The notes under the pieces were generated by a model. It was not told the origin of the DNA, ran no database searches, and was given only the letters and a program-made list of their open reading frames with translations. Below, one piece after another: positions 35,566-45,896 of a stretch of DNA of 64,000 nt; the stretch's first letter is position 1, and each line of letters begins with the position of its first letter. Source of the stretch: a virus (lineage: Duplodnaviria > Heunggongvirae > Uroviricota > Caudoviricetes); IMG/VR virus record IMGVR_UViG_3300027749_005140, positions 64,001-128,000 of that record. One strand, 5' to 3'. The translations under genes were made by a program, and so were the position numbers.

Positions 35566-37452
35566 TTATGACATTGCACCTGGTTTTATAATAGGAGCTT
35601 GTTCGTTTATTAGTTTTCTTGTAACAACTGCAGTTTCCTTAGTTGTATTTGGATCTAAAATAATACTTGGATTATTTGCTTGCATATTCGCCGCTTGATC
35701 ATTTAACGCATTTACGTTTGATTTACTATCATATATTTTGAATAATCCGGTATATATTACTGATGTAGTAGATTGACTCTTGCCGGTGATATAAAATATA
35801 TTTATACCACTATCATATATTCTTTTAATCTCTGCAAATCTACTTTGATTTACTTTAAATACTATTTGACCAATTGCTAAATTAATATCACCAGATTCTG
35901 TGAATAATGGAAATGTAATTTGATTTTGATCATTCTTTATAACAAAACTAATCTCACTTATACTTGTCATATTAAAATAATCTGGCTTAGTCTCTGGTCC
36001 AGTTGCAATAGAGAATTTAATAACATTATCAAATGGATAAAGTAAAACCTGGATCTTACCGAATCCATAAAACATCGCATTATTAAAAAGTGCATTATCT
36101 GATTTAGCAATGATATTAAATCTATCAATTAAAACTGGGAATGGAACCTTAATAGTTTCAATAACTACACCATTTTGTGAACTTAAATTATTCATACCTT
36201 GTGTATTACCATTACCATTACTCATACCATTACCTGGAGTACCTATACCAGTATTACCTAATACCAACGAACCATTCGCATTACCTAAACCACCAATTAA
36301 AGTAGTATTTATAGATGATTTTATGTTATAGATTTTTGGTTTAGAAACATTCTTAACATTGATTTTCATCATGTTTATTGCATATTTAGATAACTCATCT
36401 TGTAACATACCATAAGAGGCTCTTCTAATAATTGTACTATCATCAACACTATCAATAAGTCTCATCTCAACATCAATTATAGCAGTTGTAGAAGAGTATT
36501 TTATTATAGGTCTATATTCTATAGTTTCATTAAAATTATCTGTTACAGTTATTGTGGTAGTCTTCCCACGAATGTTTTGCTCATATAAAGTAATATCATA
36601 TTGAACATAATAATTTCTATCTAAAGTATATGAGTCATCAATAAATTTTTTAAAACCATATATTGTATCATTATAAACTCCATATATTTCAAAAAAGTCA
36701 CCATTTGGTGAATGTTGGACTACTAATCCTAGTCTTTCAAATTCTGGTGATTGTGGTATTGATGTTGTATTATTTGCACTTAATAAATAAGACTTAACAC
36801 TATTTATTGTTTGTATATTAGTTATAAAGTGAAAGTCAATGAATATTGGTGCAGTTGAACTTAATCCAATATTATCAGTAAGGTTATAGTTTATACTATT
36901 CTCTTTTGGTTTACCATCTAAAATTTGTGAAGATAACTCACTTAATGCTGGAATTTCAACTGTGATATTCTTACCCCATAACTTTTCTTGAAAAAGTAAT
37001 GGTGGTGATGTAAAGTTCAATAAATATTGTTGATTTATATCTGTCATATCAAAATAGAAATTAGATAAGTCATAAATTTTACTATTTGTATAATCATGTG
37101 CATAAACCTTTACATAGAATCCTAAATATTCTCCAAAAGTCCAATTTATTGGTAAGTGAACTTTTAAGGTATCGTGTCTTAATGGATTACCAGATGTATA
37201 ATCTTTTACTTGTAAAAATGAATAGTTATTAGTATTTATTTTACCATATCTACCGGAGATAGTATCAAGTTTAAATAATTGATTATTTATATCATTACCA
37301 GTAATACTTGATGGACCCGCCATATAAGCATTTGTTTTATATTTAGAATTAACTAAAATACTATATGGTTCAGATATTAGATTTGAATCATTATAGATAT
37401 ATTCCAATAGAATATTTTTGTCAAGTTTGATGTATTTAGAAATCTTAGACAT
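35566..37452 (-). CDS. Probable virion structural protein
   Basis: Beta-rich 628-aa ORF co-oriented with the tail-tube-fold gene; TAATATATA upstream. Confidence 0.5.
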   Translation of the reverse strand: MSKISKYIKLDKNILLEYIYNDSNLISEPYSILVNSKYKTNAYMAGPSSITGNDINNQLFKLDTISGRYGKINTNNYSFLQVKDYTSGNPLRHDTLKVHLPINWTFGEYLGFYVKVYAHDYTNSKIYDLSNFYFDMTDINQQYLLNFTSPPLLFQEKLWGKNITVEIPALSELSSQILDGKPKENSINYNLTDNIGLSSTAPIFIDFHFITNIQTINSVKSYLLSANNTTSIPQSPEFERLGLVVQHSPNGDFFEIYGVYNDTIYGFKKFIDDSYTLDRNYYVQYDITLYEQNIRGKTTTITVTDNFNETIEYRPIIKYSSTTAIIDVEMRLIDSVDDSTIIRRASYGMLQDELSKYAINMMKINVKNVSKPKIYNIKSSINTTLIGGLGNANGSLVLGNTGIGTPGNGMSNGNGNTQGMNNLSSQNGVVIETIKVPFPVLIDRFNIIAKSDNALFNNAMFYGFGKIQVLLYPFDNVIKFSIATGPETKPDYFNMTSISEISFVIKNDQNQITFPLFTESGDINLAIGQIVFKVNQSRFAEIKRIYDSGINIFYITGKSQSTTSVIYTGLFKIYDSKSNVNALNDQAANMQANNPSIILDPNTTKETAVVTRKLINEQAPIIKPGAMS

Positions 37453-37487
37453 TTGTTATAGAAACAATATTTTATTGTATATATTAA

Positions 37488-37520
37488 AAAAGAAAACCTT
37501 TCTTATGAAAGGTTTTCTTT
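37488..37520 (-). terminator. Terminator hairpin
   Basis: AAAGAAAACCTTTC...GAAAGGTTTTCTTT overlapping the stop of 37503..37916. Confidence 0.65.
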
Positions 37521-37916
37521 AATTAATCTATCTCTAACTGATTCAATTATCTGTTCTTCAGTTAAAGTAAAATGTTTTTCTTTAATTTTTCTATAAAGTT
37601 CTTGTTCTTCTAATGCTAATTTTTCAATCTCTTTATTTAAAGGATTTACTAAATCTTCTAGTGACTTACCTTCATCATCTACTTCCTGTAGAGCTTTCAT
37701 TAGTTCATTTAAAAAGTATTCAGTACCATTACCTGGACTTTTTGAATTTCTGCTTTCTTTAGCTTCTTTCTCAATTTTTTCAATTTTAACTAATGTCTCA
37801 TCTAGTTTATTCGAAACTTGTTGAGCTTTCTTTTGATAAAGATCCATATTATTAGATAACTTTAAATAAGTTCTTCTAATTCTTACTGCATTTTGTAAAA
37901 ATACTTCATCTACCAT
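37503..37916 (-). CDS. Coiled-coil hypothetical protein
   Basis: Heptad-rich K/E/L composition. Confidence 0.6.
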   Translation of the reverse strand: MVDEVFLQNAVRIRRTYLKLSNNMDLYQKKAQQVSNKLDETLVKIEKIEKEAKESRNSKSPGNGTEYFLNELMKALQEVDDEGKSLEDLVNPLNKEIEKLALEEQELYRKIKEKHFTLTEEQIIESVRDRLIKENLS

Positions 37917-38836
37917 TATTTAATTACTTCTTTTTTTGCACGTGGTGCTCTTGGTTTAGTAACTTTAACCGGAGTTTCAGGAACTTGTGTAACTGAGTCA
38001 GTTATTTGATCATTTACAGGTACTGGAAATGATTCAACTTTATCTTCACCATAAACCAAAGTATTTATTTTACTTTTAATCATATCTTTAATAGTATCAG
38101 GATTTTTTAACAATTCATTAGTAAATTCTTCTGATAAAAAATCAATAATACTTGTTTCATAAGAATCCTCCATCATTTCGATAAAATCTAAACGAGGAAT
38201 TTTATTCTTAATATCTAAACTAATATTAAACTCAACAATTCTTTTCACACCTTTAAACATTTTAATAATAGGATCTTCAACTTCTACTCTTTGAACTGGT
38301 TGAACATACTCTACTTTTTCCTCTCTACTTACTTCAACACGTTGAACAACTTCTTGAACTGGTTGTTGATATTGAGGTACTCTTGGTAACTCACTTTCAG
38401 ATTCCTCTCCCAAAATTTTAGCAAATGCTTCATTTTGTCTTTGTAATGATTCAACAGGTGGTTGAACAATACCATACTTAGCCGCCAATGCTGCCTTTTC
38501 ATCTTCTTCTGAAGACATTGTAATAAGAGATTCTTCTTGTTCTATACCTCTCGGTATATCAATTCGATTTACACCCGCAACATTTATTTCACCATTATCA
38601 TCACCGATTTGATCTTGTGGTATATTTTTAATCTTTTCTGCTAATATATTATAAGCACCTTGATTATTAAAGAAACTCATTGGATCAATCTCTTCTGTAT
38701 ATAGTGCAGGATTCATAAGTGCAGTAACATTTAATTTTTGTTTATTTTCTAAAATTGCAATGTTCTCAAATGAATCAATAACGGTTACTATTTCACCGGT
38801 TAAGTTATTTTTAAAACTTTTATTTGCTAAACTCAT
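37916..38836 (-). CDS. Hypothetical protein
   Basis: ORF track; middle-type motif upstream (38874-38899). Confidence 0.6.
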   Translation of the reverse strand: MSLANKSFKNNLTGEIVTVIDSFENIAILENKQKLNVTALMNPALYTEEIDPMSFFNNQGAYNILAEKIKNIPQDQIGDDNGEINVAGVNRIDIPRGIEQEESLITMSSEEDEKAALAAKYGIVQPPVESLQRQNEAFAKILGEESESELPRVPQYQQPVQEVVQRVEVSREEKVEYVQPVQRVEVEDPIIKMFKGVKRIVEFNISLDIKNKIPRLDFIEMMEDSYETSIIDFLSEEFTNELLKNPDTIKDMIKSKINTLVYGEDKVESFPVPVNDQITDSVTQVPETPVKVTKPRAPRAKKEVIK

Positions 38837-38913
38837 AGTTTATTTATATTTTTTTTCAGTCTTCCTTAATAGATTATATTAAATAATTATTAAAAGTTCT
38901 GATTATACTCAAT

Positions 38914-38943
38914 AAAAAAAATCCCTATAAATAGGGATTTTTA
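38914..38943 (-). terminator. Terminator after the SSB gene
   Basis: AAAAATCCCTAT-aa-ATAGGGATTTTT. Confidence 0.7.
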
Positions 38944-38973
38944 TTAAATCATAACTAATTGATTATCAGATAG

Positions 38974-39933
38974 TTACAAGTCACTAAAGAAGTCATCTTC
39001 ATCTTCTGTAGTAGCAGTTGCACTTGCAGTGTTTGTGAAACTATCTTCAAATTCAAAATCTTCAGAAGCTGGTTTAGCTTGTTGAGCTGTTGGATAAGTA
39101 GAAGAAGATTTTCCAGTCAAGAAATTACTAATTTCAGTGATTTTTGAATGTTGTTCGTCAGTTAATTGTTTCGGAGCAAAATCTTCAAGTTCATTAGTTC
39201 TGTCAAGTAAAAATTCTTTTACTTTACCTTGTGCATTTGGATCAATTTTACCTTCTACAAGTGGAGCATTTTTGAAAACAGCTTTATCTTTAAAGTAGAT
39301 TGGTAAAGAAGTAGCCTCAGGTTTGAACATACTCATTTTGTAATCTGGGTAAGTTTCGTCTCCTGTTTGAATTTCTTTAACAACTAATACGAAATCTTTA
39401 CCTGCAGATAAATCAAATACGTTACAAGGAACGCCAGAGATTTCACCATTTTTCTCAGCAGAGATTTTATCTTTAATCGTTTTACCATATTGGAAAATAC
39501 AGATTTTACCAACTAATTCTGGTTGTTGATCATCTTCTATTACTAATACGTAAGAGTAATATTTTTTAGAATACTTTAATTGTTTTGATTTCTCAATCAA
39601 GATTGCATTCTTTGAGTTTTGCATTGTGTAATACAAATCTGTTAAAGGACATTTCTCGTTAAAGTTTTTAGGTGAATCAAACCATCCACTTAATTCTTTT
39701 TGATTTTTAATGTCCACATAGTGGCTTACTTTGTCGATAGCCGATTGTCCGATTTTACCTTCTTGTGTTAAGTTAGGTAAAAAACGAACCACACTTCTCC
39801 AACCCTTCTTTTTGTCTTTACATTTTGATAAATCTACTCTGTAGATACCATCTGTGTTTGTTGCTTTTGCTTCATTTAGGAAGTCCATTTTCGAGTCTAA
39901 CCCGCCGTTAAATAAATCATCAAGTTCATTCAT
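38974..39933 (-). CDS. T4 gp32-like single-stranded DNA-binding protein
   Basis: VRFLP, CPL, YYSYVLVIEDD-x-QPE-x-VGK-x3-FQYGK-x-I, FDL-x-GKDF-x-L, acidic tail EDEDDFFSDL. Confidence 0.85.
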   Translation of the reverse strand: MNELDDLFNGGLDSKMDFLNEAKATNTDGIYRVDLSKCKDKKKGWRSVVRFLPNLTQEGKIGQSAIDKVSHYVDIKNQKELSGWFDSPKNFNEKCPLTDLYYTMQNSKNAILIEKSKQLKYSKKYYSYVLVIEDDQQPELVGKICIFQYGKTIKDKISAEKNGEISGVPCNVFDLSAGKDFVLVVKEIQTGDETYPDYKMSMFKPEATSLPIYFKDKAVFKNAPLVEGKIDPNAQGKVKEFLLDRTNELEDFAPKQLTDEQHSKITEISNFLTGKSSSTYPTAQQAKPASEDFEFEDSFTNTASATATTEDEDDFFSDL

Positions 39934-40108
39934 AATTGCTTTTTATTGTTTTTCTATATCGGTTTAACCCGATTACTTATTATATGAAAAAGATTGATAA
40001 AAGTTTAAAAAAAGTTGTATTTTATTAGGTTATTTCTAACTTTTTTTGTATAAAATAATATCTATCCGTTTTATAATTTAAAGTTATATCCAATAAGAAT
40101 TGATTAGT

Positions 40109-40630
40109 TTAGAATTTCATATCTAATATGAACTCATAACTGATACCTCTATCATTATGAGTAACATTTAAAGTATGTGTAAATGTAGTAATTGGAAACT
40201 CTTCCCCAAATATACTTTCATCTTTGAACTTTGTTTGTAAGTGTTTAAGACCAGTTTCTATATCAAGAAAGTCATTAGAAAGTCCATTAAAAGTTGCTGC
40301 GTAACCAGATAAAGTTTTATCTCCCTTAGCATAGTTACCTACAATTCTATATCTACCAAAGAAACCAACGTGGTCTGCTTTATTTACTTTAGATATAGAT
40401 GTTTTTGCATCACGATCAAGTGCTTCTACAAAGTATTCATCTAATAAGTCTTTAGTATCTTCTAAGATCTCAGGAAAGATAGTTTTTAAATATAACATAT
40501 TCTGTTTACCAAGATTAAGTTTTCTTTCTACTTCCTCATGCCACGCTTTTTGGAATCTAGCAACATCATTACCTTCTTTATCATATAAATGACCTTCTTC
40601 AAATGCCTCGTTATACTTTCTTAATTTCAT
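40109..40630 (-). CDS. Hypothetical protein with a capsid-targeting-like N-terminus
   Basis: MKLRKYNEAFEE. Confidence 0.6.
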   Translation of the reverse strand: MKLRKYNEAFEEGHLYDKEGNDVARFQKAWHEEVERKLNLGKQNMLYLKTIFPEILEDTKDLLDEYFVEALDRDAKTSISKVNKADHVGFFGRYRIVGNYAKGDKTLSGYAATFNGLSNDFLDIETGLKHLQTKFKDESIFGEEFPITTFTHTLNVTHNDRGISYEFILDMKF

Positions 40631-41397
40631 TACTTTGTTCTAATACTTTTTATCCTTTCGGTTTGATACTTTGATATATCTATATTATTATATTGATTTA
40701 ATAAATCAACTATTCTTTTATACATTTCTATCGTAATACGACAATCCGTTAATGCATCATGATAACCAGACATATTGATTCCAAGTGCTGGTCCAACTTT
40801 ACTCATTGAAGATGAGATTAAACCATTATCTCTCGGTGAAGTTCCGATACCTTCTACCATTTTTTGATAAGTTATATCAGTTTCTGCTAACTTTTGAATA
40901 AGTGGTAAGAAATATAATTGAATCAACATTTTAGTATCAAATACTTCATTAGTTATCTTATGACCGTATCTACCAGATAACATCTGCATGTCAAATCCTG
41001 CATTCTGTGCGACTAATAAACAAGGTGAGAACTCAGTCATCCAATCAAAGAACTCATCAACGATTTGTCTTTCTTCTTTATATTTATAACCGCCCGAACC
41101 ATAATGATTGAAACTTAATATTCTTCTATTACCACCATCTGGTTGATTATACCTTGTCTTTAATTCAGAGGTTAGTTTAATTTTCTCATCGAAAGAACTA
41201 ATCTCATCAAATGTATTAGAACTGAAATTATATTTAGTCGCAAGAGAAGATACTTGTGTTAGTTGTTCTTTCTTAGGACCTAATAGGCCGGTCGTTTCTA
41301 CATCAACCCATAACCACGGTAAATTAGACTTACTTTTAAGAAAGTTTAACATTTCTGGTATGGTTTTATACCACATTTTATTTTCTTTTAACAACAT
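40630..41397 (-). CDS. DEDDh 3'-5' exonuclease (DnaQ-like)
   Basis: VDVETTG (ExoI), AQNAGFD (ExoII), HDALTDC (ExoIII). Confidence 0.85.
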   Translation of the reverse strand: MLLKENKMWYKTIPEMLNFLKSKSNLPWLWVDVETTGLLGPKKEQLTQVSSLATKYNFSSNTFDEISSFDEKIKLTSELKTRYNQPDGGNRRILSFNHYGSGGYKYKEERQIVDEFFDWMTEFSPCLLVAQNAGFDMQMLSGRYGHKITNEVFDTKMLIQLYFLPLIQKLAETDITYQKMVEGIGTSPRDNGLISSSMSKVGPALGINMSGYHDALTDCRITIEMYKRIVDLLNQYNNIDISKYQTERIKSIRTK

Positions 41398-41400
41398 CTT

Positions 41401-41736
41401 TTATTTCTTTACTTTACCTTGTTTCTTTTCGTAATCTAAATCAAATTTAACTTTTGGTTTAGGTTCAGGTGCAAATGGACCAATTAAGTGTTTTAGATTC
41501 CAAGAGGAAACAAACTTTTTATTGTGTTTTTCATAATCTTCATAAGATTCGATACCTGTATCAATAGGATTGTGAATATAATCTATATTAGCACCTTGTT
41601 TATTCATATCAGATATTCTATTACCAATATCAGTCTTTGCTGATATTTTCATAACTTTCTTTAACTGATCTACTGATTGCTGTCTAGGAAGTGCCTCATT
41701 GACTTCATCAAACTCATTAAATTTTAATATTTTCAT
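41401..41736 (-). CDS. Hypothetical protein with a capsid-targeting-like N-terminus
   Basis: Start moved to 41736, MKILKFNEFDEVNE; TAATATATA at 41742-41750. Confidence 0.6.
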   Translation of the reverse strand: MKILKFNEFDEVNEALPRQQSVDQLKKVMKISAKTDIGNRISDMNKQGANIDYIHNPIDTGIESYEDYEKHNKKFVSSWNLKHLIGPFAPEPKPKVKFDLDYEKKQGKVKK

Positions 41737-41762
41737 AAAGTTATATATTAAAATTATCAAAC

Positions 41763-41792
41763 AAAAAACCCACTCGAAAGTGGGTTGTTTTT
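41763..41792 (-). terminator. Terminator after nrdB
   Basis: AACCCACT-cgaa-AGTGGGTT with flanking A/T tracts. Confidence 0.75.
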
Positions 41793-42753
41793 AGAAATCT
41801 TCATTAAGATTATCAAAGTCAATTACTTTATCAGAAACTTTTTGATAATCACCATTTCTTTTCTCAAAGAAGTTTACTTTACCTTGTAAGGATAACATTT
41901 CCATAAAATCAAAAGGATTTTCAGAATTAAATACTTTAGTACAACCTAATTCAACTAACCAGAAGTCAGCAACGAACTCGATATACTGTGCCATAAGTTT
42001 TTCATTCATCCCAATTAAGGATACTGGTAATGAATCCGAAATAAATTCTTTTTCAATTTCAACAGCATCACAGATAATTTCTTTGATTCTTTCTTCTGTT
42101 ACTTTGTTTTGAATATACTTATTATGTAATAAACAAGCAAATTGACAGTGTAAAGCTTCGTCTCTTGAAATCAATTCATTAGAGAATGATAATCCAGGCA
42201 TTAAACCTCTTTTCTTTAACCAGAAGATTGCACAAAATGATCCAGAAAAGAATATACCTTCAACTGCAGCAAATGCAATCAATCTTTCCGCGAATGAATC
42301 AGAATCAATCCATTTTAAAGCCCACTGAGCTTTCTTTTGAACTGAAGGAACAGTATCAATTGCATTAAACAAACGATCTTTCTCATCGTTATCTCTGATA
42401 TAAGTATCAATCAATAAAGAGTAAGTTTCAGAGTGTACATTCTCCATCGCAATTTGAAATCCGTAAAAGGATTTTGCTTCAGGATATTGTACCTCTTTTA
42501 AGAAGTTTTCTGCTAAGTTTTCATTTACGATACCATCTGATGCCGCAAAGAACGCTAATACATTTTTAATGTAATGTCTTTCATTATCATTCAATTTTTC
42601 ATCCCAGTCAGTCATATCCTGTGCTAGGTCTATCTCTTCTGCCGTCCAGAATGACATTTCCTCAACTTTATAAAGATCCCATATATCGTGATACTTTAAG
42701 GGAAACATTACAAATCTGTTAGGATTTTCGGTCAATATGTGTTCTTTTTCCAT
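41791..42753 (-). CDS. nrdB: Class Ia ribonucleotide reductase beta subunit
   Basis: [49 protein letters not shown]. Confidence 0.95.
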   Translation of the reverse strand: MEKEHILTENPNRFVMFPLKYHDIWDLYKVEEMSFWTAEEIDLAQDMTDWDEKLNDNERHYIKNVLAFFAASDGIVNENLAENFLKEVQYPEAKSFYGFQIAMENVHSETYSLLIDTYIRDNDEKDRLFNAIDTVPSVQKKAQWALKWIDSDSFAERLIAFAAVEGIFFSGSFCAIFWLKKRGLMPGLSFSNELISRDEALHCQFACLLHNKYIQNKVTEERIKEIICDAVEIEKEFISDSLPVSLIGMNEKLMAQYIEFVADFWLVELGCTKVFNSENPFDFMEMLSLQGKVNFFEKRNGDYQKVSDKVIDFDNLNEDF

Positions 42754-42809
42754 AATTTATTTTTAATTTGTTTTTTTTATATACTAATTTATTACAAAGT
42801 TGTTTAGAA

Positions 42810-42898
42810 AGTGAAAACACCAAGGAGCGAATTTGGTGTTTTCTTTATAGCCTAAACTACAACCGGTCCTAAGAGTGGGTTCAATGACCCCCGGTTAT
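42810..42898 (-). ncRNA. Candidate structured small RNA or leader upstream of nrdB
   Basis: AACCGG[GGGT-CATTGA-ACCC ACTCTTAGGA]CCGGTT followed by an 11-bp hairpin GAAAACACCAA/TTGGTGTTTTC; TAATATATA just upstream; GC-rich in an AT-rich spacer. Confidence 0.4.
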
Positions 42899-42997
42899 AA
42901 ATTATATATTAAAAATATATTGATATGTTTCAAACTTTTTACTGAAATAACATAAAACATAAGTAAATAATTTATTGTCTAATTAAAAACCAAAATA

Positions 42998-43303
42998 ATG
43001 GTAAAACACGAAATTAAAGTAGATTTTTCTGACTCTACTACAATCCAAGCACTTATTGAAAAGTCTTACTTTGAAGAAGGATTCAAAGGTAAAATCTTAG
43101 GTAAGAAAAACTTCTTAACAATTGACGAGAGTGATGAAATCAATCACACAATTTTTAAAGGGCTTAACAATGCAACAGTTAAGATAACTAATGAAATCAT
43201 TGATGGTTCAATGAGATTTCTAGTTGATGAAACCGAAGGTGATGTGAGACTTTATCCTATCTCAATCTATTGTGTTAAAGAAGAAAAATATACCTTCTAC
43301 TAA
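42998..43303 (+). CDS. Hypothetical protein
   Basis: ORF track; abuts the GMP reductase-like gene. Confidence 0.6.
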   Translation: MVKHEIKVDFSDSTTIQALIEKSYFEEGFKGKILGKKNFLTIDESDEINHTIFKGLNNATVKITNEIIDGSMRFLVDETEGDVRLYPISIYCVKEEKYTFY

Positions 43304-44323
43304 ATGAAGAAATTCGACTGGAATGACATCACAATAATACCAGATACTCTGAGTACTATTGCTTCTCGTAGTGAGATAAATCCATTACAAAATGGAAAGC
43401 TTCCTATCTTTACTGCACCAATGGATATGGTTATCGATGAGAATAACATATCTGAATTTGAATTAAATAACGTAAACATTTGTTTACCGAGAAATGTTAA
43501 ATTCGATAGTTTAAAGAATGATAATTACTTCTATTCTTATGGTCTTGATGAAATGATTGTGTTATTCGAGTCTGGTAAAGATCTACCTAAAAAAGTGCTA
43601 ATTGACGTGGCTAACGGCCATATGCTCAAACTTTGGGAAATCTCTAAAAGAATAAAAGAGAAATATGGTAACAACATTGAACTAATGGTTGGTAACATTG
43701 CTAACCCTGATACTTATAGAAAGTATTGTGAGATTGGTGTTGATTGGATTAGAGTTGGTATTGGTGGAGGCTCTGCTTGTACTACATCAGCAAATGTTTC
43801 TATACATTTCCCAATGGCATCATTAGTAAATGAATGTTATGAAATATCTAAAGAGTTTGATAATCCTACCAAAATCTTAGCAGATGGTGGATTTAGAAGT
43901 TTCTCTGATATAATTAAAGCGTTAGCACTTGGAGCTCATGCTTGTATGTTAGGTGGAATCTTCAACAAATGTTTAGAAAGTTGTTCTGATAACTTTTTAA
44001 AAGATTCTGTTGGTTTATTTCATTTAATAGATGAAGAACGTGCAATCACTAATTTCGATAGTGGTATTGATGTTTGGAAGTATTATAGAGGAATGTCAAC
44101 TAAAGAAGTTCAGAAGTCTTGGAATAGGAAAGAACTTAAAACTGGTGAAGGTATTTCTAAATATAATAAAGTAGAATATACTTTATCTGGATGGAGAGAA
44201 AACTTTACTGATTATTTAAGATCAGCAATGTCTTATTCTAATAGTAGAACTTTAGAAGATTTTATCGGTCAAGCTAACTGGGTTAAAATATCACAGAATG
44301 CTTTTGATAGATTCAATAAGTAA
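43304..44323 (+). CDS. guaC: GMP reductase / IMPDH-family oxidoreductase (no CBS domain)
   Basis: APMD, IDVANGH, VGNIA, RVGIGGGSACTT, ADGG, YRGMST, EG. Confidence 0.75.
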   Translation: MKKFDWNDITIIPDTLSTIASRSEINPLQNGKLPIFTAPMDMVIDENNISEFELNNVNICLPRNVKFDSLKNDNYFYSYGLDEMIVLFESGKDLPKKVLIDVANGHMLKLWEISKRIKEKYGNNIELMVGNIANPDTYRKYCEIGVDWIRVGIGGGSACTTSANVSIHFPMASLVNECYEISKEFDNPTKILADGGFRSFSDIIKALALGAHACMLGGIFNKCLESCSDNFLKDSVGLFHLIDEERAITNFDSGIDVWKYYRGMSTKEVQKSWNRKELKTGEGISKYNKVEYTLSGWRENFTDYLRSAMSYSNSRTLEDFIGQANWVKISQNAFDRFNK

Positions 44324-44325
44324 AA

Positions 44326-44354
44326 GAAAAACCACTCATTTGAGTGGTTTTTTA
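44326..44354. terminator. Bidirectional terminator
   Basis: AAAAACCACTCA-tt-TGAGTGGTTTTT between convergent genes. Confidence 0.8.
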
Positions 44355-44395
44355 TTATTTTTATATTTTTGGTAACATAAAAACGTACTTTCTTT

Positions 44396-45175
44396 CTACT
44401 TTTTCACCATTATAAACCAAGAAGAGTTTGATTGTCCTTTGATTTCTTCTTCTACTTCTTTGTACTCTGCTTGACCTTGTGTAATCAAGTTAGCACTATT
44501 TATTTTGATTCCACCGGGGAGTGAAAAATCGTACATTCCTAGCATATTTCCTAATTGAACTTTAGTCCAACCAACAACATACTTATAGAATAAATCATCT
44601 TTAAATAAGTTTTCTTGTGGAATATTAGCGTAAGCTTCAATAATTACATCATATTCAACTTTTGTTAGAATATGTAATCTATGATTTAATTGATTAAATG
44701 AGTATTTAAGTGTATATTTATTTAATTGATTTAACATATCAGACATATTATCTAACATTGTTTTATAAACTCCTAACTCTCCAATTGTTGTAACATAAGA
44801 AGATAAGTAAGGTTGATTAGTAACTCCTAAGTTTACAGATAAGTTTGGGGTATTAAGACCTAATTGAAAAAGTGATGTTCCTTTAACTTCATATAAGTAA
44901 ACAATAGATTGTATCTCACAAGGAACACTTACATATCCATACTTTGTAAACTCTTCAATAGTAAATGCTTCTTTTTTAAGAAGGAAATACATTTTTTGTA
45001 CGGCATATTGATACCATCTATAGAAATATGGAAGAGCTCTGGATTCGATTATCTGACGTATATTTGCATCAGGCATTGTTTTTGGCAAAGCACATGAAAC
45101 ACTTATTTCAGTTTGTACTAAATCTATAAATTCATCTATTGTTAATCCACCTTGATAAGGAATATAATCTGCCAT
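44396..45175 (-). CDS. T4 gp13-like neck protein
   Basis: C-terminal KYVVGWTKVQLGNML...SLPGGIKIN...LITQGQAEYKEVEEEI matches the gp13 K-x-QWG-x-N...LPGGV-x-LNG pattern; TAATATATA upstream. Confidence 0.75.
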   Translation of the reverse strand: MADYIPYQGGLTIDEFIDLVQTEISVSCALPKTMPDANIRQIIESRALPYFYRWYQYAVQKMYFLLKKEAFTIEEFTKYGYVSVPCEIQSIVYLYEVKGTSLFQLGLNTPNLSVNLGVTNQPYLSSYVTTIGELGVYKTMLDNMSDMLNQLNKYTLKYSFNQLNHRLHILTKVEYDVIIEAYANIPQENLFKDDLFYKYVVGWTKVQLGNMLGMYDFSLPGGIKINSANLITQGQAEYKEVEEEIKGQSNSSWFIMVKK

Positions 45176-45246
45176 AAAAATTTTAATATTTATTGTATAT
45201 ATTAAATTTTAATCCGTATATTTGTACTCTAATAAAGAAACAAACT

Positions 45247-45414
45247 ATGAACTCAATCGGAAAAATAACAAAAGAACAAATCATCAAATCTAGAAAGAAA
45301 GCTTCAAGAGAAATGGAGATCGAAGCTAATGCTGGTTGGGTAGCAACTCATAAAGTACACAAGTCTCAAAAAGACTATAACAGAAAACCAAAACATAGAA
45401 ACTTAGAATTTTAA
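45247..45414 (+). CDS. Small basic protein (55 aa) ending HKSQKDYNRKPKH
   Basis: Start moved to ATG 45247, downstream of the TATATTTG element. Confidence 0.6.
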   Translation: MNSIGKITKEQIIKSRKKASREMEIEANAGWVATHKVHKSQKDYNRKPKHRNLEF

Positions 45415-45713
45415 TGGAATTTAAAATAACCACAAAATATCAGCACGGAGTAAAATCTAAGAATGGTAGACGAATAAACTATCGTCTTTACTTCTTAAAT
45501 GATATTCTAATTTACAAACAACGAGTTCCATTTGATGAAACTATGGAATTAGGATTTCAAGGTAAGTATTTTTTCACAAATGAGTATATACTCAATGGGA
45601 ATCTATACCAAACAAGAACTAATGACAAAGATGAAAGAAGTATTTACTTTCCTCTTTCTAAAAAAATACTAAAAGAATTAGGAGTACCTAATGATTTAAA
45701 AATAGAAATATAA
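45414..45713 (+). CDS. Hypothetical protein
   Basis: TAATG overlap. Confidence 0.55.
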   Translation: MEFKITTKYQHGVKSKNGRRINYRLYFLNDILIYKQRVPFDETMELGFQGKYFFTNEYILNGNLYQTRTNDKDERSIYFPLSKKILKELGVPNDLKIEI

Positions 45714-45722
45714 AAAGCCATA

Positions 45723-45896
45723 TTATTTTAATATGGCTTTTATTTTTTCTTTTCTTTCTAAATTTTTTGATAAACTTACTTTTAATTCAAACCATTCACC
45801 TTTTGAGTAAATACTATTTATACGAGTATATGTATCATAATACAAGTCACCATCATTAGGATTACTTGGTTTAGTATCAAATGATAATCTTGACAT
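45723..45896 (-). CDS. Small protein (57 aa) with the C-terminal tag, not in ORF track
   Basis: MSRLSFDTKPSNPNDGDLYYDTYTRINSIYSKGEWFELKVSLSKNLERKEKIKAILK; TAATG overlap with upstream gene. Confidence 0.6.
   Translation of the reverse strand: MSRLSFDTKPSNPNDGDLYYDTYTRINSIYSKGEWFELKVSLSKNLERKEKIKAILK

Noticed and set aside
42845-42898. Twister/pistol ribozyme or c-di-GMP-I riboswitch (CCTAA...CCGGTCCTAAG, GCCTAAAC, AGAGTGGG words on the + strand)
   Set aside because: The required P1/P2 partner strands and GAGGG element are missing, and motif order is wrong; kept only as an unclassified structured RNA
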